Assembly (NCBI GenBank): GCA_013152895.1
Contig: JAADFN010000181.1
Location: 1,143-65,142 of the forward strand
Reading direction: 5' to 3'
Source of the DNA: Acidobacteriota bacterium
Lineage (GTDB): Bacteria; Acidobacteriota; Thermoanaerobaculia; Thermoanaerobaculales; Sulfomarinibacteraceae
DNA length: 64,000 bases
In this document: piece after piece, positions 9,108 through 17,411 of the stretch
How positions within the stretch are numbered: position 1 is the stretch's first letter
Layout: every line of letters starts with the position of its first letter
The notes under the pieces: generated by a model
Databases searched by the model: none
The model's input: only the letters and a program-made list of their open reading frames with translations
What the model was told of the DNA's origin: nothing
Translations under genes and position numbers: made by a program

Positions 9108-10285
9108 TGGAACGCCCCCGGTGGGACGTGATCGTTGCCGGCGCGGGTCCCGCCGGATGTCACGCGGCGTGGGAGCTGGGCCGGCGGGGATGGCACGTCC
9201 TGCTGATCGACCGTGCGTCATTCCCACGGTGGAAACCATGCGCCGGCGGCATCACGGTCAAAGCCTCGCCATACATCCCCGCGGAGCTTCGCAATCTGTT
9301 CGAGCGCGAGATGTCCGAGGCGGTGATCTCGTACGGGCCACGGCTCGTCACACGCATCCGGTCGTCGCGTCCCGTCGGGTGGGTGGTCCACAGGGAAACG
9401 TTCGATGCGGCCCATCTTGAGCTTGTGCGCTCGCTCGACCGGGTCGACGTGTTGGAAGGTTGCACCGTCCGCGATGTGATCGAGACGGCATGGCAGGTTG
9501 TGGTCACGACCTCGTGCGGCGAGCTCAGGAGCCTGGCGCTCGTCGGGGCGGACGGAGTCGAGAGCCGCGTCAGGAGGGCCATTTTCCCAACGGCCGAGCG
9601 CGAGTTCGCCGCGACGTACGAGATGGAGGCGCGCATGCCCCATATCGAAGACGGTCCCGCATCAGTCTCGTTTGATCTTCAATCGTTTCCGGGAGGCTAT
9701 GGCTGGATCTTTCCCAAGCGGACCACCTTCTCGATCGGGGGCTACGTCGAAGGCGGTCCAGGCGGAGGCCGGGTAGCGCGGGCGCGTCTTGAACGTTTCA
9801 TCGCCTGCTGGCCCCAGCTGGAAGGCAGCGAGCCGGTGCGCGCCCGGGGGTACAGGATCCCCGTCGGGGGAAGCCGCGCCCGCATGAATACCAACCGTAT
9901 CGTGCTTGCCGGCGATGCGGCCGGTACCGTCGATCCGGTGACCGGCGAGGGCATCTCGTACGCCTTCATGACCGGTCACCTGGCCGCCCAGGCCATCGAT
10001 GCGATGCTGAAAACGGGCCGTTCTCTCGACGGGTACGGCCTGCAGCTCTGGTGGAAAATCCACGGGCCGTTCGTCTTGGCCCGCCGGCTTTCCGATCTGC
10101 TCTTTCACCATCCGCGCAGCGCGTTCGAGTACCTGTTCCGGAACCGGCGGATCTGCGGTTGGTTCGTGCGCGTCATTCGCGGGGAGATGACCTATGCTGG
10201 CCTCCTGGCCCGTGCGGCGGTGTTGGCGCCGGTGTTGATCCCATCGCACCGGAACGGCCACGAGGTGACGTTCAATGTGCCGTAA
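9107..10285 (+). CDS. Geranylgeranyl reductase family FAD-dependent oxidoreductase
   Basis: The ATG at 9107 overlaps the upstream TGA by 1 nt. Motifs DVIVAGAGPAGCHAA (FAD GxGxxG), KPCAGGI and LAGDAAG. Confidence 0.8.
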   Translation: MERPRWDVIVAGAGPAGCHAAWELGRRGWHVLLIDRASFPRWKPCAGGITVKASPYIPAELRNLFEREMSEAVISYGPRLVTRIRSSRPVGWVVHRETFDAAHLELVRSLDRVDVLEGCTVRDVIETAWQVVVTTSCGELRSLALVGADGVESRVRRAIFPTAEREFAATYEMEARMPHIEDGPASVSFDLQSFPGGYGWIFPKRTTFSIGGYVEGGPGGGRVARARLERFIACWPQLEGSEPVRARGYRIPVGGSRARMNTNRIVLAGDAAGTVDPVTGEGISYAFMTGHLAAQAIDAMLKTGRSLDGYGLQLWWKIHGPFVLARRLSDLLFHHPRSAFEYLFRNRRICGWFVRVIRGEMTYAGLLARAAVLAPVLIPSHRNGHEVTFNVP

Positions 10286-11888
10286 GCGCGTAACACGTGC
10301 GAGATTCAGACGCGTGGTACTGGTCGTCATGCTTGCCGGCATCGGCGCCACGGTCGCAGGGCCGGCGTGCGCTGACGATCCCTGGATCATCACGACGCCG
10401 GTCACGATCACGCAGCCAACGGATCTCGGAGATGTCATCGTTGCCAGTGGCGGTCGGTTGACGGTCGAAAACGTACCCGACCCGGGGGTGCGCCTTGCCG
10501 GCAATCTCATGGTGGTTGGGCATGGCAGCTTGGTTCTGAAAGACTCGGTCATTCAGTTCATGAGCACGTACAACGGGCAGTATGTCCTCGTGGTGACGGA
10601 CGACGGATCGGCGCTGATCTCGGGGTGCGACTACCGCGTTCCCAACCGGGTCCAGCATGCCCTCTATGCGGGCGGCCGGGGATCGATCGAGATCACCGCC
10701 ACGGATTTCGGGAATGTCCAGCTCGTTGCCGCGGAAGACTCGCACATCGAAGCCACCCGTCTGGACGGCAACTTCGAGGTGATTCTGCAGGAGAGAGGGG
10801 CTATCATCCTCGAAGACATTCCCCGCGATCCCGGGCGTGGCACGCTTTGGGTCTGGCCCGAGTTTCCAGCGGGGAGCACCGCGGTGTACACGCCTCCGGA
10901 GCCGGGCTTCATCGAGTCGTGGAGCTTTCCCCCACCGGGTGCCGTGGGGATTCCCGACACGTGCCACCTCCAGCGGTGCCAGGTGCTTCTGTGGCCGATG
11001 CTGGTCAAGGAGGGGGCCGACCTGACACTCCGGGACATCCCGGAAGACAACAGGGTCATCGTCGGGCTGCATCTGCCACATGCAGAGACGATCACCGGGC
11101 TTGAAAACAACAGGACCTACGCGAATGAAAGGCTTCCACTGGCCGACCGGACGATCCGTCTCGAAAATGCCTCGATCGACACCTGGAACCTCTACCCCGA
11201 GAACGGTGCCAACGTGACCGTCAGGGACTCCGTCATCGGGGAGATGCTCACGTTCGGCGGCGCCCACTCGGTTCTGGAAAACACGACCGTCGATGGGAGC
11301 GGCGGGTATTTCGGCGCTGAGGCCACGTCGGTATCTATTGCACGAAACTGCACGTTCACCTGTGACATCCAAGCGTCGGACGATGCCACGATCGAGCTGC
11401 ACGGATGCCGCATCGAGCCCTATCCCCAAGATACCGATGGAACCATCACGAGGATCGGGGCGTTCGATCGGGCACGCCTCCTGGTGGATGCCTCCGAGGT
11501 TTCGACGAATCCCGTGCTCGGGGGGCAGGGGCTGATCGCGGGAACGTGGATCGAGAATCCTCCCCGCGTGCCTCCCGTTCCGGGCGTGGCGCTCGGCCTG
11601 TACGGAATCGCCTCGCTCTTCACACTTCCCGGTGGGCCTGCGCCCGGGTCGTGGAAGCTGGAAGCCGTGGACGCGGACGGCCACGTGCTGTCGGTTCTCG
11701 GAAGCGGATCGACATCCGGGGACCGCCGGCTGCTGGGCATCTGGGCGGGCGCGCGTGCGGCCAAGACATCCGGGCTCGAGCTCGTGCTCACCGACGGATG
11801 GGGCAGAACGCTGACCGGCTCGGTGAACCTGGCGACGATCGCCCGGCGGTCGTCCCGGGGCGTCCGTCCCGTCACGAAGATGCGCTGA
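10275..11888 (+). CDS. Secreted protein with right-handed parallel beta-helix-like repeats
   Basis: Start overlaps the upstream gene by 11 nt. Signal peptide RRVVLVVMLAGIGATVAGPACA. Periodic repeats have alternating hydrophobic beta-strand patterns (VTVRDSVIGEM..., SVSIARNCTFTCDIQ...). Confidence 0.6.
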   Translation: MCRKRVTRARFRRVVLVVMLAGIGATVAGPACADDPWIITTPVTITQPTDLGDVIVASGGRLTVENVPDPGVRLAGNLMVVGHGSLVLKDSVIQFMSTYNGQYVLVVTDDGSALISGCDYRVPNRVQHALYAGGRGSIEITATDFGNVQLVAAEDSHIEATRLDGNFEVILQERGAIILEDIPRDPGRGTLWVWPEFPAGSTAVYTPPEPGFIESWSFPPPGAVGIPDTCHLQRCQVLLWPMLVKEGADLTLRDIPEDNRVIVGLHLPHAETITGLENNRTYANERLPLADRTIRLENASIDTWNLYPENGANVTVRDSVIGEMLTFGGAHSVLENTTVDGSGGYFGAEATSVSIARNCTFTCDIQASDDATIELHGCRIEPYPQDTDGTITRIGAFDRARLLVDASEVSTNPVLGGQGLIAGTWIENPPRVPPVPGVALGLYGIASLFTLPGGPAPGSWKLEAVDADGHVLSVLGSGSTSGDRRLLGIWAGARAAKTSGLELVLTDGWGRTLTGSVNLATIARRSSRGVRPVTKMR

Positions 11889-11979
11889 CGTATACTTTGC
11901 CCCGACGGATAGGACGGCGCGTACTCCCAGACGAGGAGGGCGGTGGCTCTCGCCATGGATGGGGGAGTGAGGATCTGAG

Positions 11980-13137
11980 ATGTTGCAACGGCTAGGACCT
12001 CGATGGATCGACACGGCTTCGGGAGTGGAGGAGGCGGCCCGCGCATGCCGGGATGCGGGGCGTTTCGCCCTCGATACGGAAGCCGATTCGCTCCACTCGT
12101 ACTTTCACAAGGTGTGTCTCATCCAGGTGTCGGCTGACGGAAGTCATTTCCTGATCGATCCGCTGGCGCTCAACCGGACCGCGCTGGCGCCGCTCTTCGA
12201 AGTCATCGGGGACCCGGCAGTGCCCATCCTGATGCACGGAGCGGATTACGACATTCGCATGCTCGATCGTGATTTCGGCGCGAGGGTCCACGGGCTGGAA
12301 GATACGGAGCTCATGGCGCACCTGCTGGGCGAGCCGAGGACGGGGCTGGCAACGCTTCTCGAACGGGAGCTGGACATTTCTCTGGACAAGAAGTACCAGC
12401 GGGCGGACTGGGGCCGGCGTCCGATTCCGGACGAGATGCTCGATTATGCCGCCGCGGATACAGCGTTCCTGGAGCCGTTGAACGCCAGGCTCCGGCAGCG
12501 GCTCGAAGCGATGGGCCGGTGGGAGTGGGCCGTCGAGGAGTTTCGCCGCATGGAGGAGATCCGCTTTCACCGGGCGGCGCCGAACCCGCTGGCGTTCGAG
12601 CGGGTCAAGGATGTCCGCAGTCTGCGAGGCGGCGCTCGTGACCGGGCATACTCGCTTTTCGTGTGGCGGGACCAGGAGGCGCAGCGGCTCGATATACCGC
12701 CCTTCAAGGTTCTCGGAAATCGTCAGCTTGCAGGGCTCGCGGTGACCCCTCCCACGGATGTTCGTGAGCTGGCGGCGCGCCCTGGGCTTGGATCTCGCTT
12801 TGCACACCGCTGGGGGGCGGACGTTCTCGCCGTGCTGGCGAATCCATCCCCTGCGCCGCCACGCCAGCGCGGCCAGGCGCACCGGCAGCTCGACGCGGCG
12901 CAACTGGCGCGGCTCAGGCGGTTCAGGGCTGCCCGTGATGCGGCCGCGCAGGAGCTTGGACTGGAGCCGGGGCTGCTCTGCCCGAAGGCGCTCCTGGAGA
13001 CGCTGGCGACATGCGACCTGAGGGTCCGCGAGGCCGGCGACCTTGCGGCGTGCGGCCTGGAAGGATGGCGACTGCGTTGCCTCGGAGCGGCATTTGCCGA
13101 AGCGATGGAGACCACGCCGGGAGGGGACGGGTTGTAG
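11980..13137 (+). CDS. rnd: Ribonuclease D (3'-5' exonuclease plus HRDC domain)
   Basis: DEDD motifs FALDTEADSLHSYFHKVCLIQV and HGADYDIRML, plus ADWGRRP. An HRDC-like C-terminal region is present. Confidence 0.85.
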   Translation: MLQRLGPRWIDTASGVEEAARACRDAGRFALDTEADSLHSYFHKVCLIQVSADGSHFLIDPLALNRTALAPLFEVIGDPAVPILMHGADYDIRMLDRDFGARVHGLEDTELMAHLLGEPRTGLATLLERELDISLDKKYQRADWGRRPIPDEMLDYAAADTAFLEPLNARLRQRLEAMGRWEWAVEEFRRMEEIRFHRAAPNPLAFERVKDVRSLRGGARDRAYSLFVWRDQEAQRLDIPPFKVLGNRQLAGLAVTPPTDVRELAARPGLGSRFAHRWGADVLAVLANPSPAPPRQRGQAHRQLDAAQLARLRRFRAARDAAAQELGLEPGLLCPKALLETLATCDLRVREAGDLAACGLEGWRLRCLGAAFAEAMETTPGGDGL

Positions 13138-13139
13138 GG

Positions 13140-13907
13140 ATGCGCGCAGCGGCCTGTATCATCGACATCGACGGGACAGTGGTGACGTCCACCGGGCCGA
13201 TCCCCGGCGCTGCCGGCGCCATCGCGGCGCTCGAACGCGCCGGGATCCGGTACGTGTTCGCCACGAACACGACGCGGCACCCGCGCACCGTTCTGGCCGC
13301 GCGGCTCGCCTCTGCCGGGATCGATGTCGAACCCGAGCGCATCTGGACGGCGCCCGTTGCAGCCGCACGGTGGCTGCAGGCACGCGGCGTGACGCGGGTT
13401 TCACTGCTCCTTCCCAGCGCGAGCTTCGAGGAGTTTTCCGGTTTCGAGGTCGATGACGAGCGCCCGGAGGCCGTTGTTGTCGGCGATCTGGGCCGGGAGT
13501 GGACCTTCGACCGGCTCAACGCCGCTTTTCTCGCCCTGCGCGCCGGCGCCGTCCTGGTGGCGATTCAGAAGAATCGCTGCTGGAACGATGGAACCGGCCT
13601 GAAGCTCGACGCCGGCCCGTTCGTCGCCGCGCTCGAGTACGCCACCGGCCGGACGGCGGAGCTGATCGGAAAACCCGCGGCAGCCTTCTTTGAAACGGCG
13701 ATCTCGTTTCTCCAGGCGCCGAGAGAACGGATCGTCGTCGTCGGGGACAGCGTCGAGAATGACGTCAAAGGCGGTCATGACGCCGGCTGTCAGGCCGTCG
13801 CCGTTCGCACCGGCTCGTTTCGCGAGGACGATCTCGCCGCACTCGCCCGTCCCCCCGAAGCCATCCTCGCCACGATCGCCGCCCTCCCGGATTGGCTCGG
13901 CATCTAG
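13140..13907 (+). CDS. HAD-IIA family hydrolase (NagD/LHPP-like)
   Basis: DxDGT motif IIDIDGTVV, FATNTT and GDSVENDVKGG. The internal ATG at 13140 was chosen because the family N-terminus begins there. Confidence 0.8.
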   Translation: MRAAACIIDIDGTVVTSTGPIPGAAGAIAALERAGIRYVFATNTTRHPRTVLAARLASAGIDVEPERIWTAPVAAARWLQARGVTRVSLLLPSASFEEFSGFEVDDERPEAVVVGDLGREWTFDRLNAAFLALRAGAVLVAIQKNRCWNDGTGLKLDAGPFVAALEYATGRTAELIGKPAAAFFETAISFLQAPRERIVVVGDSVENDVKGGHDAGCQAVAVRTGSFREDDLAALARPPEAILATIAALPDWLGI

Positions 13908-14197
13908 GCCGCATGATCCATGAGCCCTCTGCTACGAGGCGCGGTAGACCACCGTTTTGGTGAGACCAACGATGCCCCGTGTTCGTCCCTGTCCTGGTGC
14001 TCGCAGAGGAACATGAGGATGCTCGCAAACAGTCCGGGCCAGGGCCGCACAATGGCGGGTAAGACGCCGCCCGCCACAACTGAGGGGTACAGGCAGGCAC
14101 GAGCGAATGTGTCGGGTGCAGCGCCGGCTGGGGTCATCGGTGCGCGGGCGATGTGATAGGATGTCTTTACCATCCACGGCTGCGGGGAGCGTAGCCA

Positions 14198-14899
14198 ATG
14201 AACATGCGTATCCGTGATATCGAGCCATCCCAGCGCCCGCGGGAGCGTTTGCTGGCTCACGGCCCCCGCGTTCTCTCCGATGCGGAGCTTCTGGCGGTCC
14301 TCCTTCGTACGGGACGCAGGGGTCAGAGCGCAATCGATGTCGCCCGCCAGATGTTGCAGGAAGAGGGAGGTCTCGCCGGGCTGGCCCGTGCCGGTGCCCG
14401 GAGCCTTGCGGCCAGGCCGGGGTTGGGTCCCGCCAAGGCCGCGACTCTCGCGGCGGCCCTCGAGCTTGCCCACCGTCTCGCCAGCGCCGAGCTGACCCGC
14501 CGGGAACGGCTCGACCGTCCGGAAGCGGTCGGTGGCTATCTCGTCCAGCATCTGGCGCATCACCGCCGCGAGGTCTTCGGGTTCGTCTCGCTTGACGGGA
14601 GGCACGGACTGATCAGGGTGCACGATCTCTCCAACGGGACGCGGCGAACGGCGCCCGTTGATACCGGGGAGCTCTTTCGCGAGGCCGTTCTCGACGGCGC
14701 GTCGGGGATGGTGCTGTATCACAATCATCCGTCGGGGACGCTGGATCCAAGCCGGGACGACCTGGAGCTGACGAAGAGGCTCGTCGCCGGCGGCGCGTTG
14801 ATCGGCGTGGATGTCCTCGATCACTTGATCGTTGCCGGCGCGAGGTGGCTGTCGCTGAGGACGACGCATCCGGGCGTCTTTGGACGCGTAGTAGAATAG
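14198..14899 (+). CDS. radC: RadC-family JAB-domain protein (UPF0758)
   Basis: N-terminal PRERLLAHGPRVLSDAELLAVLLRTG (HhH region). C-terminal JAMM motif HNHPSG...PSRDD. Confidence 0.9.
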   Translation: MNMRIRDIEPSQRPRERLLAHGPRVLSDAELLAVLLRTGRRGQSAIDVARQMLQEEGGLAGLARAGARSLAARPGLGPAKAATLAAALELAHRLASAELTRRERLDRPEAVGGYLVQHLAHHRREVFGFVSLDGRHGLIRVHDLSNGTRRTAPVDTGELFREAVLDGASGMVLYHNHPSGTLDPSRDDLELTKRLVAGGALIGVDVLDHLIVAGARWLSLRTTHPGVFGRVVE

Positions 14900-15086
14900 A
14901 CCTAAGATGAGCGATTCTCACCGGCGATCTGCACCGATCTCTTGCGCTCTGGACACGTGCGGCGATGCTCGACATACCTCTGGGTATGCCTCCGCTCGTC
15001 GCACGCACCGGAGCATCAAGATCTTGGCACATCTCATCCGGCAGAATCGCTCAAGAGGAAGCTCCACGGGGCGGGAGGCAATCGTG

Positions 15087-15623
15087 ATGGTGAAGCGTGG
15101 AATCGTGCTTGTTCTGGCCCTTGGCGTGGGGATGGCCTGTACGTCGGCCAGGGGAACGAAGGAGCTCCAGGTGAAGAGCTGGGCTGCGAGCGGAGTCGCC
15201 TTTTCGTCGCTCAAGGTGTTTTCGTGGAAGCCCGGATCGGACGGGGGTCTCGTCAAGAGCTCGTCCGACACGTATCGTCCCCTTGTCGATCGCGTCCGCG
15301 AGGCGATCATTGGCGAACTTGAAGGCCGGGGATACCGCCTTGCCGACAGCGGCGTGCCTGATTTTTGGGTCTCGTTTCAGGTTGCCATGACGTCTGCAAG
15401 GCGCGTCGTCCCCGGTTCGCGAGAGTCGGGATCGATGAATCCCCATCCTCTCGGCAGCTCCTACGTTCGTACCGGCTTCCTGATGATTTCAATCGGCCTG
15501 CCCGGGCACACCGATCCAGTCTGGACCGGGAGCGCCAGCGGGCAGAGCCCACGTTTGCTCCTCCGCCACATGCAGATCAGGGAGACCGTTCACCGGATCC
15601 TGACGCAGTTTCCGCCCCTGTAG
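15087..15623 (+). CDS. DUF4136-like lipoprotein
   Basis: The ATG at 15087 follows GGGAGG. Lipobox LALGVGMAC. It is a paralog of the gene at 26334..26870 (shared F/VSWKPG...DFW(V/L)SF pattern). Confidence 0.6.
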   Translation: MVKRGIVLVLALGVGMACTSARGTKELQVKSWAASGVAFSSLKVFSWKPGSDGGLVKSSSDTYRPLVDRVREAIIGELEGRGYRLADSGVPDFWVSFQVAMTSARRVVPGSRESGSMNPHPLGSSYVRTGFLMISIGLPGHTDPVWTGSASGQSPRLLLRHMQIRETVHRILTQFPPL

Positions 15624-15629
15624 CCCCAG

Positions 15630-17132
15630 TCACGCCCCTTTCGCCATCTCCGTGGGCGCCGCGTGCTCCCCGCTGTGTTCCGTTCGTTCCGGCTCGATGA
15701 ACTCCTGGTCCCAGACCGGCTTCGTCAGCTCCGCCACCTTGTGGCCGTAATCGACGAGCCCTTCCCGGTACGCCTCATCGTCCAGGGCGGCAGCGGCAGG
15801 CTCGTCCATTGGCGTAGCGCCCGTCTTCCTAATGGCGTTATACGCGAACGCGTAGTGGTCGCGGATCGGGCATGGGACGATCAGGTTCTGAACCTCGGTG
15901 GATTCGCGCTTGTACCCGTACGCGTCCTGCCAGTTACGGATCCGTTGAAACAGCGGATGCATCAGGACGTCCGACAGGTGCCCGCCCTGGCGATAGATGT
16001 CGTTGATGTCCGCGGTCTGGTAGGGGAAGAACACGCACGGCGAGACGTGCCCGTTCCAGTCGATGTAGAAGTAGCCTCCGGGACGGCCGGCCGAGATGCA
16101 TCCGTTGGAGATCGGGCCTCCGTTCCAGAAATCGACGAGGAAGATCTTCTTGTCGAAGATGATGTGCTCCTCGCGCTCGTACATCTTGAGGCGCTGATCG
16201 GGGGTGACCACCAGGTCGAGGGTGAAGCTGCGGCCGATGGGCATGTACTGGAACATCCATCCGTAAACCGCGCCCTGCTCGTTGAAGTAGTAGTCGACGA
16301 ACTCGTCGCTGGTCAGGATATCGACGTTGAGGCGAGTGGCGGTGGCCGAGATCCCGAATGGAACGCCCGCCTCCCGCAGGTTGGCGAATGCCTGCAAGAT
16401 TTTCTCATGGACGCCCTTGCCGCGCCGCTCGTCGGTCTGTTCCTCGAAGCCCTCCACCGAGATCGCGGGGGTCACGTTTCCCAGCCACGCGAGGCGGCGG
16501 GCCACCTCGGGGGTGATCAGGGTCCCGTTGGTGTACACCATGAAGTAGTTGTCGTTGAACTCCTGGAAAATATCGAAGATGTCGTGACCGTCGTCGGTCC
16601 TGTACATGAACGGTTCGCCGCCGGAAATGACCGTGAAGAACGATCCCCAGTCCCGGCGTTTCTCCTCGAGAATCCACCTGAAGACGTCATAGTCCAGCTT
16701 TTCGGTGTTGGCAGCCGTGCTCGAGGCGTAGCACCCCGTGCAGTGCAGGTTACACCGCTTCGTCGGGCTGATCGTGACGAAGCTCGGCGGGCTGAACCCG
16801 TTTCGCTCAACGAACGGGGCCTGGCGGTCGTTCTCGCCGATGATGACATGGCCTACGAAGTTACGGATCAGTGCCCTGCGGACCTGGGGCGAGATGCGGC
16901 CGTCGCCGAGCGCGCGGTCGACGGTGTGAAACAGGTTCGAGAGCACCTGCACCCGGAGCTCTTCCACCCGGCGCGGCCGGTTGTCGGGATTATCCACGAC
17001 GTACCGCTGGTAGAGAAGCTCGTCGCCCTTTTCCAGGGCCCATTTCCGGACGAGTTTTTGTTTGATCGACGTGTCGAGAAGCCCGGTGGAAAGGGACTTC
17101 CAAACAGCGTCGATACGGAGAGAATCCAACAT
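15630..17132 (-). CDS. Radical SAM enzyme (~500 aa) with an N-terminal extension and a twitch/SPASM-like C-terminal Cys region
   Basis: The ATG at 17132 lies 6 nt after GGAGGTG. Motifs CNLHCTGC (CX3CX2C), ISGGEPFMY, and later GCISAGRPGGYFYIDWNGHVSPCVFFP and VPCPIRDH. Confidence 0.85.
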   Translation of the reverse strand: MLDSLRIDAVWKSLSTGLLDTSIKQKLVRKWALEKGDELLYQRYVVDNPDNRPRRVEELRVQVLSNLFHTVDRALGDGRISPQVRRALIRNFVGHVIIGENDRQAPFVERNGFSPPSFVTISPTKRCNLHCTGCYASSTAANTEKLDYDVFRWILEEKRRDWGSFFTVISGGEPFMYRTDDGHDIFDIFQEFNDNYFMVYTNGTLITPEVARRLAWLGNVTPAISVEGFEEQTDERRGKGVHEKILQAFANLREAGVPFGISATATRLNVDILTSDEFVDYYFNEQGAVYGWMFQYMPIGRSFTLDLVVTPDQRLKMYEREEHIIFDKKIFLVDFWNGGPISNGCISAGRPGGYFYIDWNGHVSPCVFFPYQTADINDIYRQGGHLSDVLMHPLFQRIRNWQDAYGYKRESTEVQNLIVPCPIRDHYAFAYNAIRKTGATPMDEPAAAALDDEAYREGLVDYGHKVAELTKPVWDQEFIEPERTEHSGEHAAPTEMAKGA

Positions 17133-17309
17133 GATGCACCTCCACTCAACGTTTGGAAATGCCCGTTCCGGTTCGTCACGTGGCGGATCGGCGGGGCGTA
17201 CAAAGAACAACGTGTAGCCCCGCGCCATTCGGCGGAGCCACCTAGGAAGAACGTAGGTCCCAGGGCTCGAGATCGCAAGGCCTGCTCAGGCCGGGGACAT
17301 GCATCTTGA

Positions 17310-17350
17310 AAGAAGCAGCAAAAGCTGCTATCGGCGTTTTCTTTTCCGGC
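17310..17350 (-). terminator. Candidate intrinsic terminator downstream of the thiolase gene
   Basis: Hairpin AGCAGC-AAAA-GCTGCT at 17314..17329. It is flanked by UCUUUC on the minus strand and GUUUUCUUUUCC on the plus strand. The stem is short (6 bp). Confidence 0.3.
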
Positions 17351-17411
17351 GGCGCGGGGAACCCCCCGGTGGTACCGGGCACCTGGCGGGGGTGCACGAT
17401 GACGCTCCCTG

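Noticed and set aside
13908-14197. RNase P RNA (rnpB), suggested by AGTCCGGGCC and a GGGTAAGACGCC element.
   Set aside because: Only ~165 nt remain between the P4-like motif and the well-supported radC start, whereas ~300 nt would be needed. The 3' P4 strand (ACAGAACCCGGCUUA-like) and the GGUAAGGGUGAAAGGGUG-type elements are absent.
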